Shown here: positions 37,201 to 45,970 of the stretch, piece by piece
Position numbering within the stretch: position 1 is the stretch's first letter
How the letters are laid out: each line of letters starts with the position of its first letter
Source: a virus
Taxonomy: Duplodnaviria; Caudoviricetes
Virus record (IMG/VR): IMGVR_UViG_2845838682_000001
Reading direction: 5' to 3' (one strand)
DNA: 64,000 bases
Translations under genes and position numbers: made by a program
Notes under the pieces: model-generated
Told to the model about the DNA's origin: nothing
Databases searched by the model: none
What the model saw: the letters and a program-made list of their open reading frames with translations, nothing else

Positions 37201-39284
37201 CGGATGATGGCGCCGCCCCAGTCGGCGGCGAAGTCCTTGGCGAGTTCGATCTTGTCGGCGGCCTGCTCCCACACCCACGACCAGCGGCCCTCGAACGCTT
37301 CGGCGCCCTTGCGCAGCTCGTTCAGCCACCCGACGATCCGCTCGATGTGGGGTTCGGTGGCGTCGCGCAGTTCGCGCCACCCGTCCACCAGGACGGGCCA
37401 CAGGTCCGAGCGGAACCAGTCGGCGACGGCCCCCGCGGCGTCGCCGACCTTCTCCCAGACCCCGGTGACGATCTCCCGGAAAGTTTCGGAGCGTTTCCAG
37501 GCGAGGGCGAGGGCGGCGGCCAAAGCGGCCAGCGCGCCGATGATCAGCCCGATGGGGGAGAGCACCACCCCCAGGGCGGCGGTGACCCCGGCGATGATCG
37601 CCTTGCCCGCCAGTAGCGCCGCGACTACGACGGTGATGGCGCCGGCGAGCATCCCCACCACTTCCAGCACCGGTTTGATGGCGGCCTCGTGCTCCTCAAG
37701 GAACCCGGTGACGCCGCGCACGGCGCCGGAGAACATGTCGACCAAAGCGGTGGCGCCATCCAGGACACCCATGTCGCCGATCGCGAGGAACAGGCCCTCC
37801 ATGGCGGAGGTGGCGCCTTTCAGAGCCCCCTGCAGCCCGGACATCTTGATGTCGGCCATCCGCTTGGCCGCACCCTCGGAATCGCGCAGCTTGCCGGTGA
37901 AGCTGTCGAGTTCGTCGCCGCCCTGGCGCAGCAGCGCGATCATCGCCGGCCCGGACTCGACCCCGAACAGGTTCATCATGTCGGCGGTGCCGGCGCCGGC
38001 CGCCTCCAGGTCGCGCATGATGTCGGCCATCGGCCGCAGGTCACCGTTGGCCTTGGTGACCGTGACCCCGAGCGCGTCCAGCGTTTCCTGCACTTTGGCG
38101 GTGGGGCGGATGAGGTAGGACAGGGCGCCCCGCAGCGCGGTGCCCGCGTTCTCGCCCTTGATGCCGGCGTTGGCGAAGGTTCCCATCACGGCCGCGGTTT
38201 CCTCCAACGACATTCCCGCGCTGGAGGCGATGGGGCCGACGTATTTGAACCCGTAGCCCAGCTCCTCGACGTTGGTGTTCGCGTTGCTCGCGGTGGAGGC
38301 CAGCACGTCGTTGAGGCGGCCGAGCTGGGACACCTCCAGTCCCATCCCGGAGAGGATGTTGGTGGAGATGTCGGCGGCGCGCGCCAGCTCCATCCCGCTC
38401 GCGGCGGCCAGATCGAGGGTGCCGGGCAGCGCCTCCATCGACTCGTGCGCCGACAAACCGGCCTGCGAAAGGAACCCGAGGGCGTTGGCGGCCTCGGTCG
38501 CCGAGAACATCGTCGTCGACCCCAGCTCGCGGGCCAGGTCCGACATGGCCTGGAACTCCTGCCCCGTCGCCCCCGAGATCGCCTTCACGTTGTTCATGGC
38601 GGCTTCGAAGTCCTTCGAGGCGGTCAACACGCTGGCGCCCATGGCGGCGGCCGCGGTTCCGGCGAGCATCGGCAGCCCGCCGAACGCCCCGGCGAGCCCG
38701 GCCAGCCCCATCGTCATGCCGCCGGTGAACGACGCGCCGCCGGCGCGGCCCAGCCCGCCCAGCGGGGCGGTGGCCTGCTGGGTGCCGCTGCCCAACCCTT
38801 GGCCGATGCCGGCGGCCGCCAACTCCCCGCTGTTGATGAACCGGCCGCGGGAGTCGCGGATGCGGCCGTCGGCGCCCCGCACCCACCCGCGCGCAGCCAG
38901 GTCGCCGCCCCGGCTGAACGCCTGGGAGGTGTCGCCCATGGCCTGCGCGGCGGTCGTGCGCATTGTCTGGGCGACGCCGGAGGACACCGCCTCGTCCATG
39001 CCGGACACGAATGAGGACCCGGTGGCGGTGCCGGCCTTGATGAACCGGCCCTTGGAGTCGCGGATCCGCCGGGCTGAGCGCTCGGTGGTCTGCTCGACGC
39101 CGCGGGTGGTCTCCTTCTCGAACGCGGCGGTGAACCCGCCGCCCGAGGACCGTCCGGCGCGGGTCGCGGACTGCTCCACCTGGTGCAGCGTCCTGCGGGT
39201 CTGGCGGGTCAGCCGACGCATGTCGCGGTCGAACGCCTTGACGTCGGCATCCAGCACGACCGTCAGCTCTTCGAGCGTCGACAC
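34251..39284 (-). CDS. Tape measure protein with C-terminal CHAP domain
   Basis: 1677 aa; DFEAAMNNVKA...T.FSATEAA TMP core; Trp/Phe-periodic repeats; PWCAMYVSW...SHV...GGN. Confidence 0.95.
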   Translation of the reverse strand: MSTLEELTVVLDADVKAFDRDMRRLTRQTRRTLHQVEQSATRAGRSSGGGFTAAFEKETTRGVEQTTERSARRIRDSKGRFIKAGTATGSSFVSGMDEAVSSGVAQTMRTTAAQAMGDTSQAFSRGGDLAARGWVRGADGRIRDSRGRFINSGELAAAGIGQGLGSGTQQATAPLGGLGRAGGASFTGGMTMGLAGLAGAFGGLPMLAGTAAAAMGASVLTASKDFEAAMNNVKAISGATGQEFQAMSDLARELGSTTMFSATEAANALGFLSQAGLSAHESMEALPGTLDLAAASGMELARAADISTNILSGMGLEVSQLGRLNDVLASTASNANTNVEELGYGFKYVGPIASSAGMSLEETAAVMGTFANAGIKGENAGTALRGALSYLIRPTAKVQETLDALGVTVTKANGDLRPMADIMRDLEAAGAGTADMMNLFGVESGPAMIALLRQGGDELDSFTGKLRDSEGAAKRMADIKMSGLQGALKGATSAMEGLFLAIGDMGVLDGATALVDMFSGAVRGVTGFLEEHEAAIKPVLEVVGMLAGAITVVVAALLAGKAIIAGVTAALGVVLSPIGLIIGALAALAAALALAWKRSETFREIVTGVWEKVGDAAGAVADWFRSDLWPVLVDGWRELRDATEPHIERIVGWLNELRKGAEAFEGRWSWVWEQAADKIELAKDFAADWGGAIIRQLRGAIDLVTGLIEGDWSKAWDGAKEAAKGGADYLVALFSTAGKLIWQALKLWFWQLPGSVSSWLADAAPEIADALATEWIPAFLEWYGDLLDQWHTKLGELRDDLIGWIRGVPSDIKDNLPTWTVAFTDWAGGLSETVRTKLSGVGRSLGGWFVDEAAKMPGRLASWTQKLGDWAGGLWEKTKAKFDSWGWKLTYWVEDFAADLPAKLDSWTRKITTWIQGFADTLPIRLQSWTDKFVAWIEGFAEGLPEKLTKLTKKFVDWATGVPDKTVKGLKEEDAPGKLATHVEEDWGPRLIGALGTVLFELAKAVPGMVAQVGLALLRAYGKAMGALAQSAVEAGRQLLNIVRTMFIAIVQVVIGQLTEMVTVVGEKFGEMKDKALDKARGLYDELVGNSIIPDMVSEIIGETKKLPSGVGDQVTGMNTKAIEQTRLMAAAMTTQVAVLRSSVLLTLVALRKGSTALVRALAATILGSIGQLVTQSLRLAAVLARGFTGAFDDMAADSTKSFFAMVRALQSGSRSLVSMLLDATTHMRKGVLQNFRATVVGVHASWGRLRQAAAAPVRYVIDPVVNKGLRGVWNTIARKVPGLSTMGKVPGFDQGGMVDLTGGGKLAGYSSKDNRLAAVRDGEGVLTPQATTSLGGRSFIDSANRLGGDAGKLLLEGFASGGVVGLANRFRELGKDSWDNRGGVVAAGNRALNGMAAATANRYGTGNDLHGQGFHDVRHWNRAISAQIKAHREDLEIGKGAKAVVELAQRTVGRFPENPPGSNRNAITDWYGMAGSPWCAMYVSWLFDKTKNSSALKGASRTAWTGDYYTSGMRRVSESQKKPGDVAVYGTSHVNTVNDPERYRIGGNEGNNVRRSTRSGGAIFRPDWPGYAMGGLIDPADFVMQDKGWEGQPADHIAALRQILPSATYDTGGYLPVGYSLAYNGTGAPEPVGAEPIRIVIDLEGGDAELRRRIRKITRIEGGGNVQIAFGKGANA

Positions 39285-39297
39285 CCCGCCCCCTTTC

Positions 39298-39640
39298 TCA
39301 GTCGCTTTTGCCGCCGAACTTCTCGGTCAGGGCCTTCAGCAGGCTCTTCTGCTGCTCGGGCGTCTGGCGCTTGTCGGACCCGGCGCGCTTGCCCCACTTC
39401 GGGATGAAGTCCTCCGCGGTGAGCCTCTTCCTGCGTTTCCCTTTCTTCTCTTGGGTGAGCATGGTGGTGACCCGCTCGGCGACAATCCCGGTGAGGATGT
39501 CGTCGCGTGACCGGTCCAACGGGCCCTCCAATTGTTGGAAGGCAGCCCATGAGGTCAGTTCACGCGCCGGCATCTCCTGAAGAAGGGCCTTGTGGGTGTA
39601 TCCCAGGGACGCGGCTAGTCGGTATCGAAATCGCTTCCCT
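39298..39640 (-). CDS. Tail assembly chaperone extension (GT-like, probably reached by -1 frameshift)
   Basis: Open -1 frame overlapping the chaperone end; MPARELTSWAAFQQLEGPL...EDFIPKW. Confidence 0.65.
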
Positions 39641-40037
39641 GGGTCACGTCGAAATCCTCGATCTCCTCCTCGACCGCGCCGGGCGCGAGCCCGGAAAGCC
39701 GGAAAGCTGCGTCGCGGATGCGAAGGATGGGCTTGGACGACTTCGAGCCGAGCGTCTTGACGTCGGACTCGCTGAACACCGGGTCGCTGGAGTGCTCGGA
39801 GCCGACGCACCAGATCACGGTCTTCAGCGCGATTTGGCCGATGCGTTCGTAGCCGCGGCCGGTCTGGTTGACCTCCAGCATCGTGGACTCCACCCGGGAG
39901 CGCTGGGAGGCGCTCATCGGGTAGACACGCACCCACGCGTCCTCGGTGGCGCCCTTCTTGCGCCACTCGTTGACCTTCACATCCTCGAAGTCGTCCTCTT
40001 CGGCTTCCAGGATCTCTTCACGGCCGAGAAACGCCAC
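39615..40037 (-). CDS. Tail assembly chaperone
   Basis: RBS GAGGAGG, GTG 40037; MAFLGREEILEA...V.EW; located between tail tube and TMP. Confidence 0.85.
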   Translation of the reverse strand: MAFLGREEILEAEEDDFEDVKVNEWRKKGATEDAWVRVYPMSASQRSRVESTMLEVNQTGRGYERIGQIALKTVIWCVGSEHSSDPVFSESDVKTLGSKSSKPILRIRDAAFRLSGLAPGAVEEEIEDFDVTQGSDFDTD

Positions 40038-40038
40038 T

Positions 40039-40461
40039 TTACGATGCCTCCTCGAAATACGGTTTTCCACTGATTTTGAACGTGAAGCTGCAGGACATGG
40101 CGTCCTCGAAGGGGAATTCCATGCCCATGTTCGTGAGGAACCCGGAGAAGTTCCAGATTCCGCCGGGGGTTTCCGGAAGGACGATGCGGTAGTTGCGGGT
40201 GAGCGCGTCCTCGAAGTCGTCCTGCAGCGGGTTGTGGATATTCGGGTCGTAACGCACCTCGAACGACACTTCGCCGCCGTCCTTGAGGCCGCCGACGAAT
40301 TCGCGGTAGCCGTTGGGGGACTGGTGGGAGGTGGTCTCGATGGTCTCCCGCTCCTGCTCGGGGCCACTGATGTCGGTGGCTTCACCGACCATGTCGAACG
40401 ATTCGGGGTCGCCGCCGTCACCCCGCTCGAACCGGGTGCCGAACGCGTTGTATCCAGCCAC
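40039..40461 (-). CDS. Major tail (tube) protein
   Basis: ISGPEQERETIETT, REFVGGLKDGGEV, FKISGKP. Confidence 0.9.
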   Translation of the reverse strand: MAGYNAFGTRFERGDGGDPESFDMVGEATDISGPEQERETIETTSHQSPNGYREFVGGLKDGGEVSFEVRYDPNIHNPLQDDFEDALTRNYRIVLPETPGGIWNFSGFLTNMGMEFPFEDAMSCSFTFKISGKPYFEEAS

Positions 40462-40584
40462 TTTGTGGACCTCCATCACGGATCGTGTGTGGACGTCCCA
40501 GGTGGGGCGGGCCCCCTCCCAGACCTGGGAGCAGGGAGGGAGACCCTTCCTCCGGTGATCAGCCGAAGGTGCTTGTCGGGCCGC

Positions 40585-41010
40585 CTAGGGCGGCTGCTGC
40601 TCGGTGTGCACCACCAGCTCCAGCGGCACGTGCCGGACCAGGGGGTCGGGGTCGCGCATCGGCTGGGCGGTGGCCAGCCGTACGGACCGCACCCGGTGGC
40701 CGGCGACCACCAGGTGGCGCTCCTGGTGGTCGAACAACCGAACCAGGTCGCCCGTGATGCGGTTGGCCTCGGCGAAACCGCCGCGGCCGCGGGTCCACAC
40801 GTGCAGCGTCTGGCGCACCCGCCGCCCGAATCTCCCGTGCACGTTGTCGGGCGACTCGAACGCCTCGCCGACCGTGACATAGGGGTGGGGCTGGTCCTCG
40901 GGGACGTAGTCCCACACCGCCACGTCGAGGTGTTCCTCGCACCGGGCGACGATCGCGACCTGCAGCGGCCCCAGCGCGGATTCGGCGACGGGGGTCTCCT
41001 GGAAGCTCAC
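40585..41010 (-). CDS. Tail terminator (DUF3168)
   Basis: VWDYVPE...PYVTVG, TLHVW, RDPD...RH. Confidence 0.85.
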   Translation of the reverse strand: MSFQETPVAESALGPLQVAIVARCEEHLDVAVWDYVPEDQPHPYVTVGEAFESPDNVHGRFGRRVRQTLHVWTRGRGGFAEANRITGDLVRLFDHQERHLVVAGHRVRSVRLATAQPMRDPDPLVRHVPLELVVHTEQQPP

Positions 41011-41405
41011 CAGCGCGACCTCCTCGACCCGCGGCGCCGGTCCATCTCCTCACGCACATGCATCCGCACCCGCTCGGGGAACAGCCGGCGTTCGGCCTCA
41101 GCGACCGGGCGGATGTAGGGCTGGGCCGGCATCCGCGACGTGCCGAACTCCTGGAAGATCGCGTAGTCGATCCAGTCGCCCGGCCCCGCCCTGGCGGTCA
41201 GCCCGTCGTTGACCAGCTCGTAGTCGATGGAGTCGCGCAGCGCCCCGGTGCGCACCGGCGCAAGGTTGCGCATCCCCGTGCGCATGGCCTTGCCGGAGGC
41301 CTCCACCGCGGTGCGGGTGCCGCGCTTGACCGCCGGCCGCAGCTGCTTCAGCCGGTCGGTCAGCTTGTCGGCGCCGCGGATCTCGACACTCACCCGCCCC
41401 GGCAT
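41007..41405 (-). CDS. HK97 gp10-like neck protein
   Basis: APVRTGALRDSI, YAIFQEFGTSRMPAQPYIRP. Confidence 0.9.
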   Translation of the reverse strand: MPGRVSVEIRGADKLTDRLKQLRPAVKRGTRTAVEASGKAMRTGMRNLAPVRTGALRDSIDYELVNDGLTARAGPGDWIDYAIFQEFGTSRMPAQPYIRPVAEAERRLFPERVRMHVREEMDRRRGSRRSRW

Positions 41406-41774
41406 CTACGACACCTCCTCGACGGTGGGTTCGGGCTGGTGCACCTCGACGTCCAACCGCAGGTAGGCGTCCTCCTCGGAGGGGCGCAGGCGCGCGACGA
41501 CGCGCCGCACCACCCCGGTCACCGGGTCCTCCAGCTCATCGCCGCGGCGCACGTCCTCGTCCGCCTCCACATACACCGGCTGGGTCAGCTCGGCCTGGCC
41601 CTGCTGCGGACCGACCGCGGTGCGCGCCAGCGCCCGCTCCTGCGCGGAGGGCTGGGAGGGGCGCACGTCGACCTTTCCCAGGTGGACGCGGTCCTCGGAC
41701 AGCCCGCCGGAAGGGGTGCGGACGGTCTCGACCCGGTAGTGGTCGAGGGTGAGGTCGAGCAGGTGCGCCACCAT
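41406..41774 (-). CDS. Head closure/stopper protein
   Basis: Position in module; DVRRGDEL, YLRLDVE. Confidence 0.75.
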   Translation of the reverse strand: MVAHLLDLTLDHYRVETVRTPSGGLSEDRVHLGKVDVRPSQPSAQERALARTAVGPQQGQAELTQPVYVEADEDVRRGDELEDPVTGVVRRVVARLRPSEEDAYLRLDVEVHQPEPTVEEVS

Positions 41775-41775
41775 G

Positions 41776-42339
41776 TCAGCCCCCCGGGTGTTCGGCCTTG
41801 TAGGCGGCGATGATGTCCTCAGGCAGGGTGCCGCGCGCGGGAACGTTCTCGTAGCCCTGGCCCTTGGCCCAGGCGCGCACCTCGGCCTGCGACGGTTCGG
41901 CCCGCTCCGGGGTGGCCTTCGCCGGCTGGTCGCCGACGGACTGGGCGTCGCTCTTGCCCACCGGGCCCTGCGGGCCGCCATCGTCGGTGGTGCCCTTGTC
42001 CCGGTCGGAGGCGTCGTGGTCGCGTTCCCACTTCGCGCGCTCGTTCTCCAGCTTCTGGTCGTATTCGGCACGCACTTGGGCTTCGATGCGGCGGCGCTCC
42101 TCTTCGCGCCGCTCGTGCTCGCGCTGCAGCTCGGTGCGGCGTGTGATCGCCTTGGTGGTGGTGCGCCACCGCCGCGACGACCGCATCGCCTTCAGCAGCC
42201 GCTCCCGGCGAGAGGCATCCCGCCGGGCCATGGCCTTGGCGTTGGAAGTGGGGTAGACGGCGTCGGGCGGTGCGATGTCCTCGGGCTCGTCGTATTCAAC
42301 GACCCGGCCGGTGCGGACGTTTTCGAAGCGGACGCTCAT
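41776..42339 (-). CDS. Protein with C-terminal Lsr2-like DNA-binding domain
   Basis: PSQAEVRAWAKGQGYENVPARGTLPEDIIAAY. Confidence 0.75.
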   Translation of the reverse strand: MSVRFENVRTGRVVEYDEPEDIAPPDAVYPTSNAKAMARRDASRRERLLKAMRSSRRWRTTTKAITRRTELQREHERREEERRRIEAQVRAEYDQKLENERAKWERDHDASDRDKGTTDDGGPQGPVGKSDAQSVGDQPAKATPERAEPSQAEVRAWAKGQGYENVPARGTLPEDIIAAYKAEHPGG

Positions 42340-42341
42340 GG

Positions 42342-42776
42342 TCAATCTCCCAGGTGAAGTCGGTACGGGGCGGCTGCGGCCTCATCGAGGAGCCGTTGGG
42401 GCATGTCGCCGGCCAGCGGCACGCTGCGGATGTCCTTCAGGCCCACAGCCGCTCGGATCGCAGACATTTCCTCGTCGGTGGCGTAGACGGGCCGCATCCC
42501 CTGGCCCTGCCAGTCACCGATGCGTTCGGAGGACAGGCCGCGGGGGTTGGTGGTGCCGCGCAGGACCATCGCGTGCACGATCAGGCGCACCTCGGCTGCG
42601 GCGGCCGAGGTGGACGTGTGGTCGACGTCGTCCAGCTCGCCTTCGGCGATGCGGCGCACCTCTGCCGAGACCGCCGCGATGACGGCCTCGGCTTGGGCAC
42701 GCTTGTGCTCGGGCAGGGGGCGGGCCCGACCCAGCAGGGTCTCGTGCTGGGTCAGGCTCAGCAGCGCCTCAGCCAC
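42342..42776 (-). CDS. Head-tail adaptor
   Basis: Follows the capsid gene; NPRGLSSERIGD, EMSAIR pattern. Confidence 0.75.
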   Translation of the reverse strand: MAEALLSLTQHETLLGRARPLPEHKRAQAEAVIAAVSAEVRRIAEGELDDVDHTSTSAAAAEVRLIVHAMVLRGTTNPRGLSSERIGDWQGQGMRPVYATDEEMSAIRAAVGLKDIRSVPLAGDMPQRLLDEAAAAPYRLHLGD

Positions 42777-42812
42777 GTCCGCCCCCTTCTCCGCGTGGCT
42801 GGCGGGGGCGGG

Positions 42813-43679
42813 TCAGGACTCGTCCTCGACGCCGAGCACCACGACCCGGTCGGCGTCGACGAGTTCGGCGCCGGCGTAGATCGACAGGAGCGACAGGGTG
42901 GCGGCGGTGGAGCTGTCGACCATGAACACGTGGCGCAGCGACAAGCCCTCTTCGGACAGGACCGCGGAGTCGATGGTGCCGGGGATGGGCTGGGGCACCA
43001 TCGTCGAGAATGCGAACGCCGACGAGTGGTAGGCCAGGGCCCGCATACCGGTCAGCCGGGGGTTCTTCACGACGATGAACCCGCGGTACTCGCCGAGGAT
43101 TCCCCTGCGCAGGGCTTCGGTCGCGACCTCGCCCTGAAAGTCGGTGAGGGTGACACCGTCGGGGCTGGTGAGGCGGGCGGCGAACCTCGGGGAGACGCCG
43201 AGATAGCGGCCCTCCATGGGGTTCTCGGCCTCGTCGAGGGTCGCGTTGGCGTCGGCGATGATGTTGTCGAAGTTGCTGCCGTCGGGCAGCGCTTCGGTGT
43301 CCAGCGCCATCGAGTTCATGACGTCGGCGAGCTGACCTTCGGCGCCGGACACGACCGCGCGGACCTGGTTGCGGGTGACCTGCCGACCGAAATCGACGAT
43401 GTCGAGGCTGCGCTGGTGCTCGGTGACGCGGGCACCGTCGTAAAGGTGCTCGATGTCGAAGGGGACCTCGGTCTCCTCGACCTCGTCGTAGGTCAGGGTG
43501 CCGCCGCGCGGCTGCACCCGGGCCTCGCGCGGGACCGGAACGGGGATCGTGGTCTCGCCGCCGGTGGTCGGAGCCAGGTCGCCCGAGGGCACCTGGGACA
43601 CGGTCTGCGTCAGCGACAGCTGCGCCGACAACAAGTCGACCGCCAGCGTGCTGATGCTCTGGGAAGTCACGAACGCCAC
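42813..43679 (-). CDS. Major capsid protein (P22 coat-like family)
   Basis: 288 aa after the scaffold; GETTIPVP, GRYLGVSP, LRRGILGEYRGF, AYHSSAF. Confidence 0.8.
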   Translation of the reverse strand: MAFVTSQSISTLAVDLLSAQLSLTQTVSQVPSGDLAPTTGGETTIPVPVPREARVQPRGGTLTYDEVEETEVPFDIEHLYDGARVTEHQRSLDIVDFGRQVTRNQVRAVVSGAEGQLADVMNSMALDTEALPDGSNFDNIIADANATLDEAENPMEGRYLGVSPRFAARLTSPDGVTLTDFQGEVATEALRRGILGEYRGFIVVKNPRLTGMRALAYHSSAFAFSTMVPQPIPGTIDSAVLSEEGLSLRHVFMVDSSTAATLSLLSIYAGAELVDADRVVVLGVEDES

Positions 43680-43718
43680 AAGGGCTCCTCGGGGTCTCTT
43701 CCCCGGAGCCCGCGGCGC

Positions 43719-44447
43719 CTACTTCTTGGTGCGCCTGCCGGTGTCGGTCACCGCCGCCAGGATGTCCTCGCGCGATCGGCCATCGCCGGCGTCGGCGTTG
43801 GAGGAGCCGCCACGCACAGGGGCGGGCTTCTTCTCCTTGGGCTTAGGTGCCGGGCCCGGGGTCTTCTTGGTCTGATCGAGACCGAAGAGCGCGATGACCT
43901 CGTCGGCGTCGGCTTCCAGCTCCTCGCGGCTGCTGCCCCGCAGGCGGCCGGCCTGCTCGACGCTGAGCCCTTTGGCCTTGGCGACGTCGGCGACGGTCCG
44001 CTCCCGAGCTGCCTGCTCGTGATCGGCCTTGATGCGGGCGATCTCGTCGGCCAGCTGCTGGAGGCGGTCCTCCTGAGTGGGCTCCTGGCTGGACCCGGTG
44101 TCGCCCTGCTGGCCGCCGCCGGCGGTCTGCTGAGCGGACGGTGTGCGGCTGCTGCCCGTTTCGGGCTCGCTCGACGTGCCTTTAACCGCGGCCTTGTACT
44201 TCGCCTCCTGCGAGCGGGCGAGATTCCGGTACTTCTCGATCTCCGCGTCGCGCTTGGCGATCTCGGCCTGCCAGTAGGCGTCGCCGCCGTCATCCTGGTC
44301 ATCGCCCTGGCTGGGCCCAGACCCGGTTCCGGTGTCCTCGCCAGACCCTGCCTCGCCGGTGCCGGTCTCCTCGGTCGCCGTTTCGGCTCCCTCGGTGGCC
44401 TCGGTCTCGGTGGTCTCGCTCTCGGTCTCAGTTGTCTCGTCAGCCAC
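43719..44447 (-). CDS. Scaffolding protein
   Basis: Acidic low-complexity N-terminus; RLRGSSREELEADADE motif. Confidence 0.8.
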   Translation of the reverse strand: MADETTETESETTETEATEGAETATEETGTGEAGSGEDTGTGSGPSQGDDQDDGGDAYWQAEIAKRDAEIEKYRNLARSQEAKYKAAVKGTSSEPETGSSRTPSAQQTAGGGQQGDTGSSQEPTQEDRLQQLADEIARIKADHEQAARERTVADVAKAKGLSVEQAGRLRGSSREELEADADEVIALFGLDQTKKTPGPAPKPKEKKPAPVRGGSSNADAGDGRSREDILAAVTDTGRRTKK

Positions 44448-44612
44448 GTGCGTCCCGTTTCGGGTCCGGCGCCCTGCCGTTTCGGAAGGGCGGTGTCTGC
44501 CTGCCGGGTCGAACACCGTTTCGGTGATCAGCCCTCTGACAGGGATGATAGCTGAAAGACATGGATCAACCGCAACCCATACCCTGAACGCATAGATCAT
44601 CTGGGGGCCGCC

Positions 44613-45968
44613 ATGGGGATGAGTCCGAGCGAAACCGAGGAAAAGGCGAGCGAACTGTTCGAACTCCGGCAGTCGGAGCGCCGGGATCTTGACCGCAAGC
44701 GCGCCTACCTTCGGGGCGACCCTGAGCTGACGTGGCTGCCAGCCAACACCCCTCGTGAGCTGCAGGCGCTGGCGCGCATGAGCCGGGTCAACCTGTGCGA
44801 ACTCGCGGTGAAGGCCACCTCGCAGCAGATGTTCGTGGACGGCTATACCTCCGAGAACAAGGCCGGCGCCAGTCAGGTGTGGCGGCAGTGGCAGTCCAAC
44901 CGGTGGGACCGCAAACAGATCGGCGTCAACCGGGCGATCGGCGGCTACGGCGTCGCCTACGGCATTGCGCTGCCCTCGGACAGCAGCGACACCGCGGTGA
45001 TGCGGGCGCTGTCACCTCGGCAGATAACCGTGGCCTATGGGGACGACGACGACTGGCCCGACTATGGGCTGGAGATGCGGCCCGACAAGACGTGGCGCCT
45101 CGTGGACGAGGAGAACGTCTACAAGATGCGGCGCACCACCCGCGGCCGCCGCTCCTCCGACGGCAAACGTTCCATCACCTTCGAGTACGTGGAGGAGACG
45201 CCGCACGAGCAAGACGTGTGCCCGGTGGTGCGCTACCTCGCCGAGGAGGACCTCGACGACCCCGTGCGCGGCGACGTCGAGGCCGTCATGCCGCTGCAGG
45301 ACCAGATCAATCTGATCACCTTCCACCTTCTGGTGGCCGAGCACTACGGCGCCCACGGCCGCAAGATCTTCATCGGCCAGATGGTCGAGCAGCTGGAGGA
45401 GCAGCTGCGCGCCTCCGCGTCCTCCAGCCTGACGGTGCGCGCGAAGCCCAGCGACTTCGACGTCAAAGAGGTGTCCCAGGTCCAGCTGGACGGGTTCATC
45501 GACTCTCGGGAGTCGGCGGTGCGTTACATGTCGGCGCTCTCCCAGACCCCCACCCACGAACTGCTGGGCAACCTCGCCAACATCAGCGCGGAGGCGCTGG
45601 TGGAGTCCAAGGAGTCCAACGCCCGCAAGGTTCGTGAACGCCAGATCATCGTGGGCGAGGGGCACGAGCAGCTGCTGGGTCAGGCCGGCCGCCTCGTGGG
45701 TGTCGAGGTCGACCCGGGGGCGCGGGTGCGGTGGAAGCCGACCCTGGACCAGCGCGCGATGCGGTTCGTGGAACTGCTGGGCACCATCGCCGGAAAGCTC
45801 GGAGTGCCCAAGAAGGCGCTATGGCACGAGCTGCCGTTCAGCGACGACACCATCAAGGAGTGGGAGGAGATGGCCGAGGAGCAGGCCGCGGCCGCGCCGC
45901 CCCCGCCGCAGCGCGAGCAGCAGGACCAGCCCGAGGGCGACCAGCGCAACAACCTGGCAGCGGTCTGA
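44613..45968 (+). CDS. Portal protein (SPP1 gp6-like), on the opposite strand to the rest of the head genes
   Basis: RVNLCELAV, CPVVRY, PLQDQIN, ESAVRYMSA..QTP.H.L, S.EAL. Confidence 0.85.
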   Translation: MGMSPSETEEKASELFELRQSERRDLDRKRAYLRGDPELTWLPANTPRELQALARMSRVNLCELAVKATSQQMFVDGYTSENKAGASQVWRQWQSNRWDRKQIGVNRAIGGYGVAYGIALPSDSSDTAVMRALSPRQITVAYGDDDDWPDYGLEMRPDKTWRLVDEENVYKMRRTTRGRRSSDGKRSITFEYVEETPHEQDVCPVVRYLAEEDLDDPVRGDVEAVMPLQDQINLITFHLLVAEHYGAHGRKIFIGQMVEQLEEQLRASASSSLTVRAKPSDFDVKEVSQVQLDGFIDSRESAVRYMSALSQTPTHELLGNLANISAEALVESKESNARKVRERQIIVGEGHEQLLGQAGRLVGVEVDPGARVRWKPTLDQRAMRFVELLGTIAGKLGVPKKALWHELPFSDDTIKEWEEMAEEQAAAAPPPPQREQQDQPEGDQRNNLAAV

Positions 45969-45970
45969 CC

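Noticed and set aside
34494-39014. Long antisense ORFs (e.g. 34494-37616, 37689-39014; likewise 532-1578, 3923-6046, 42270-44555, 49817-51472)
   Set aside because: Shadow frames of real genes in high-GC DNA; Arg/Pro/Gly-rich or mirror-image sequence with no motifs or RBS.
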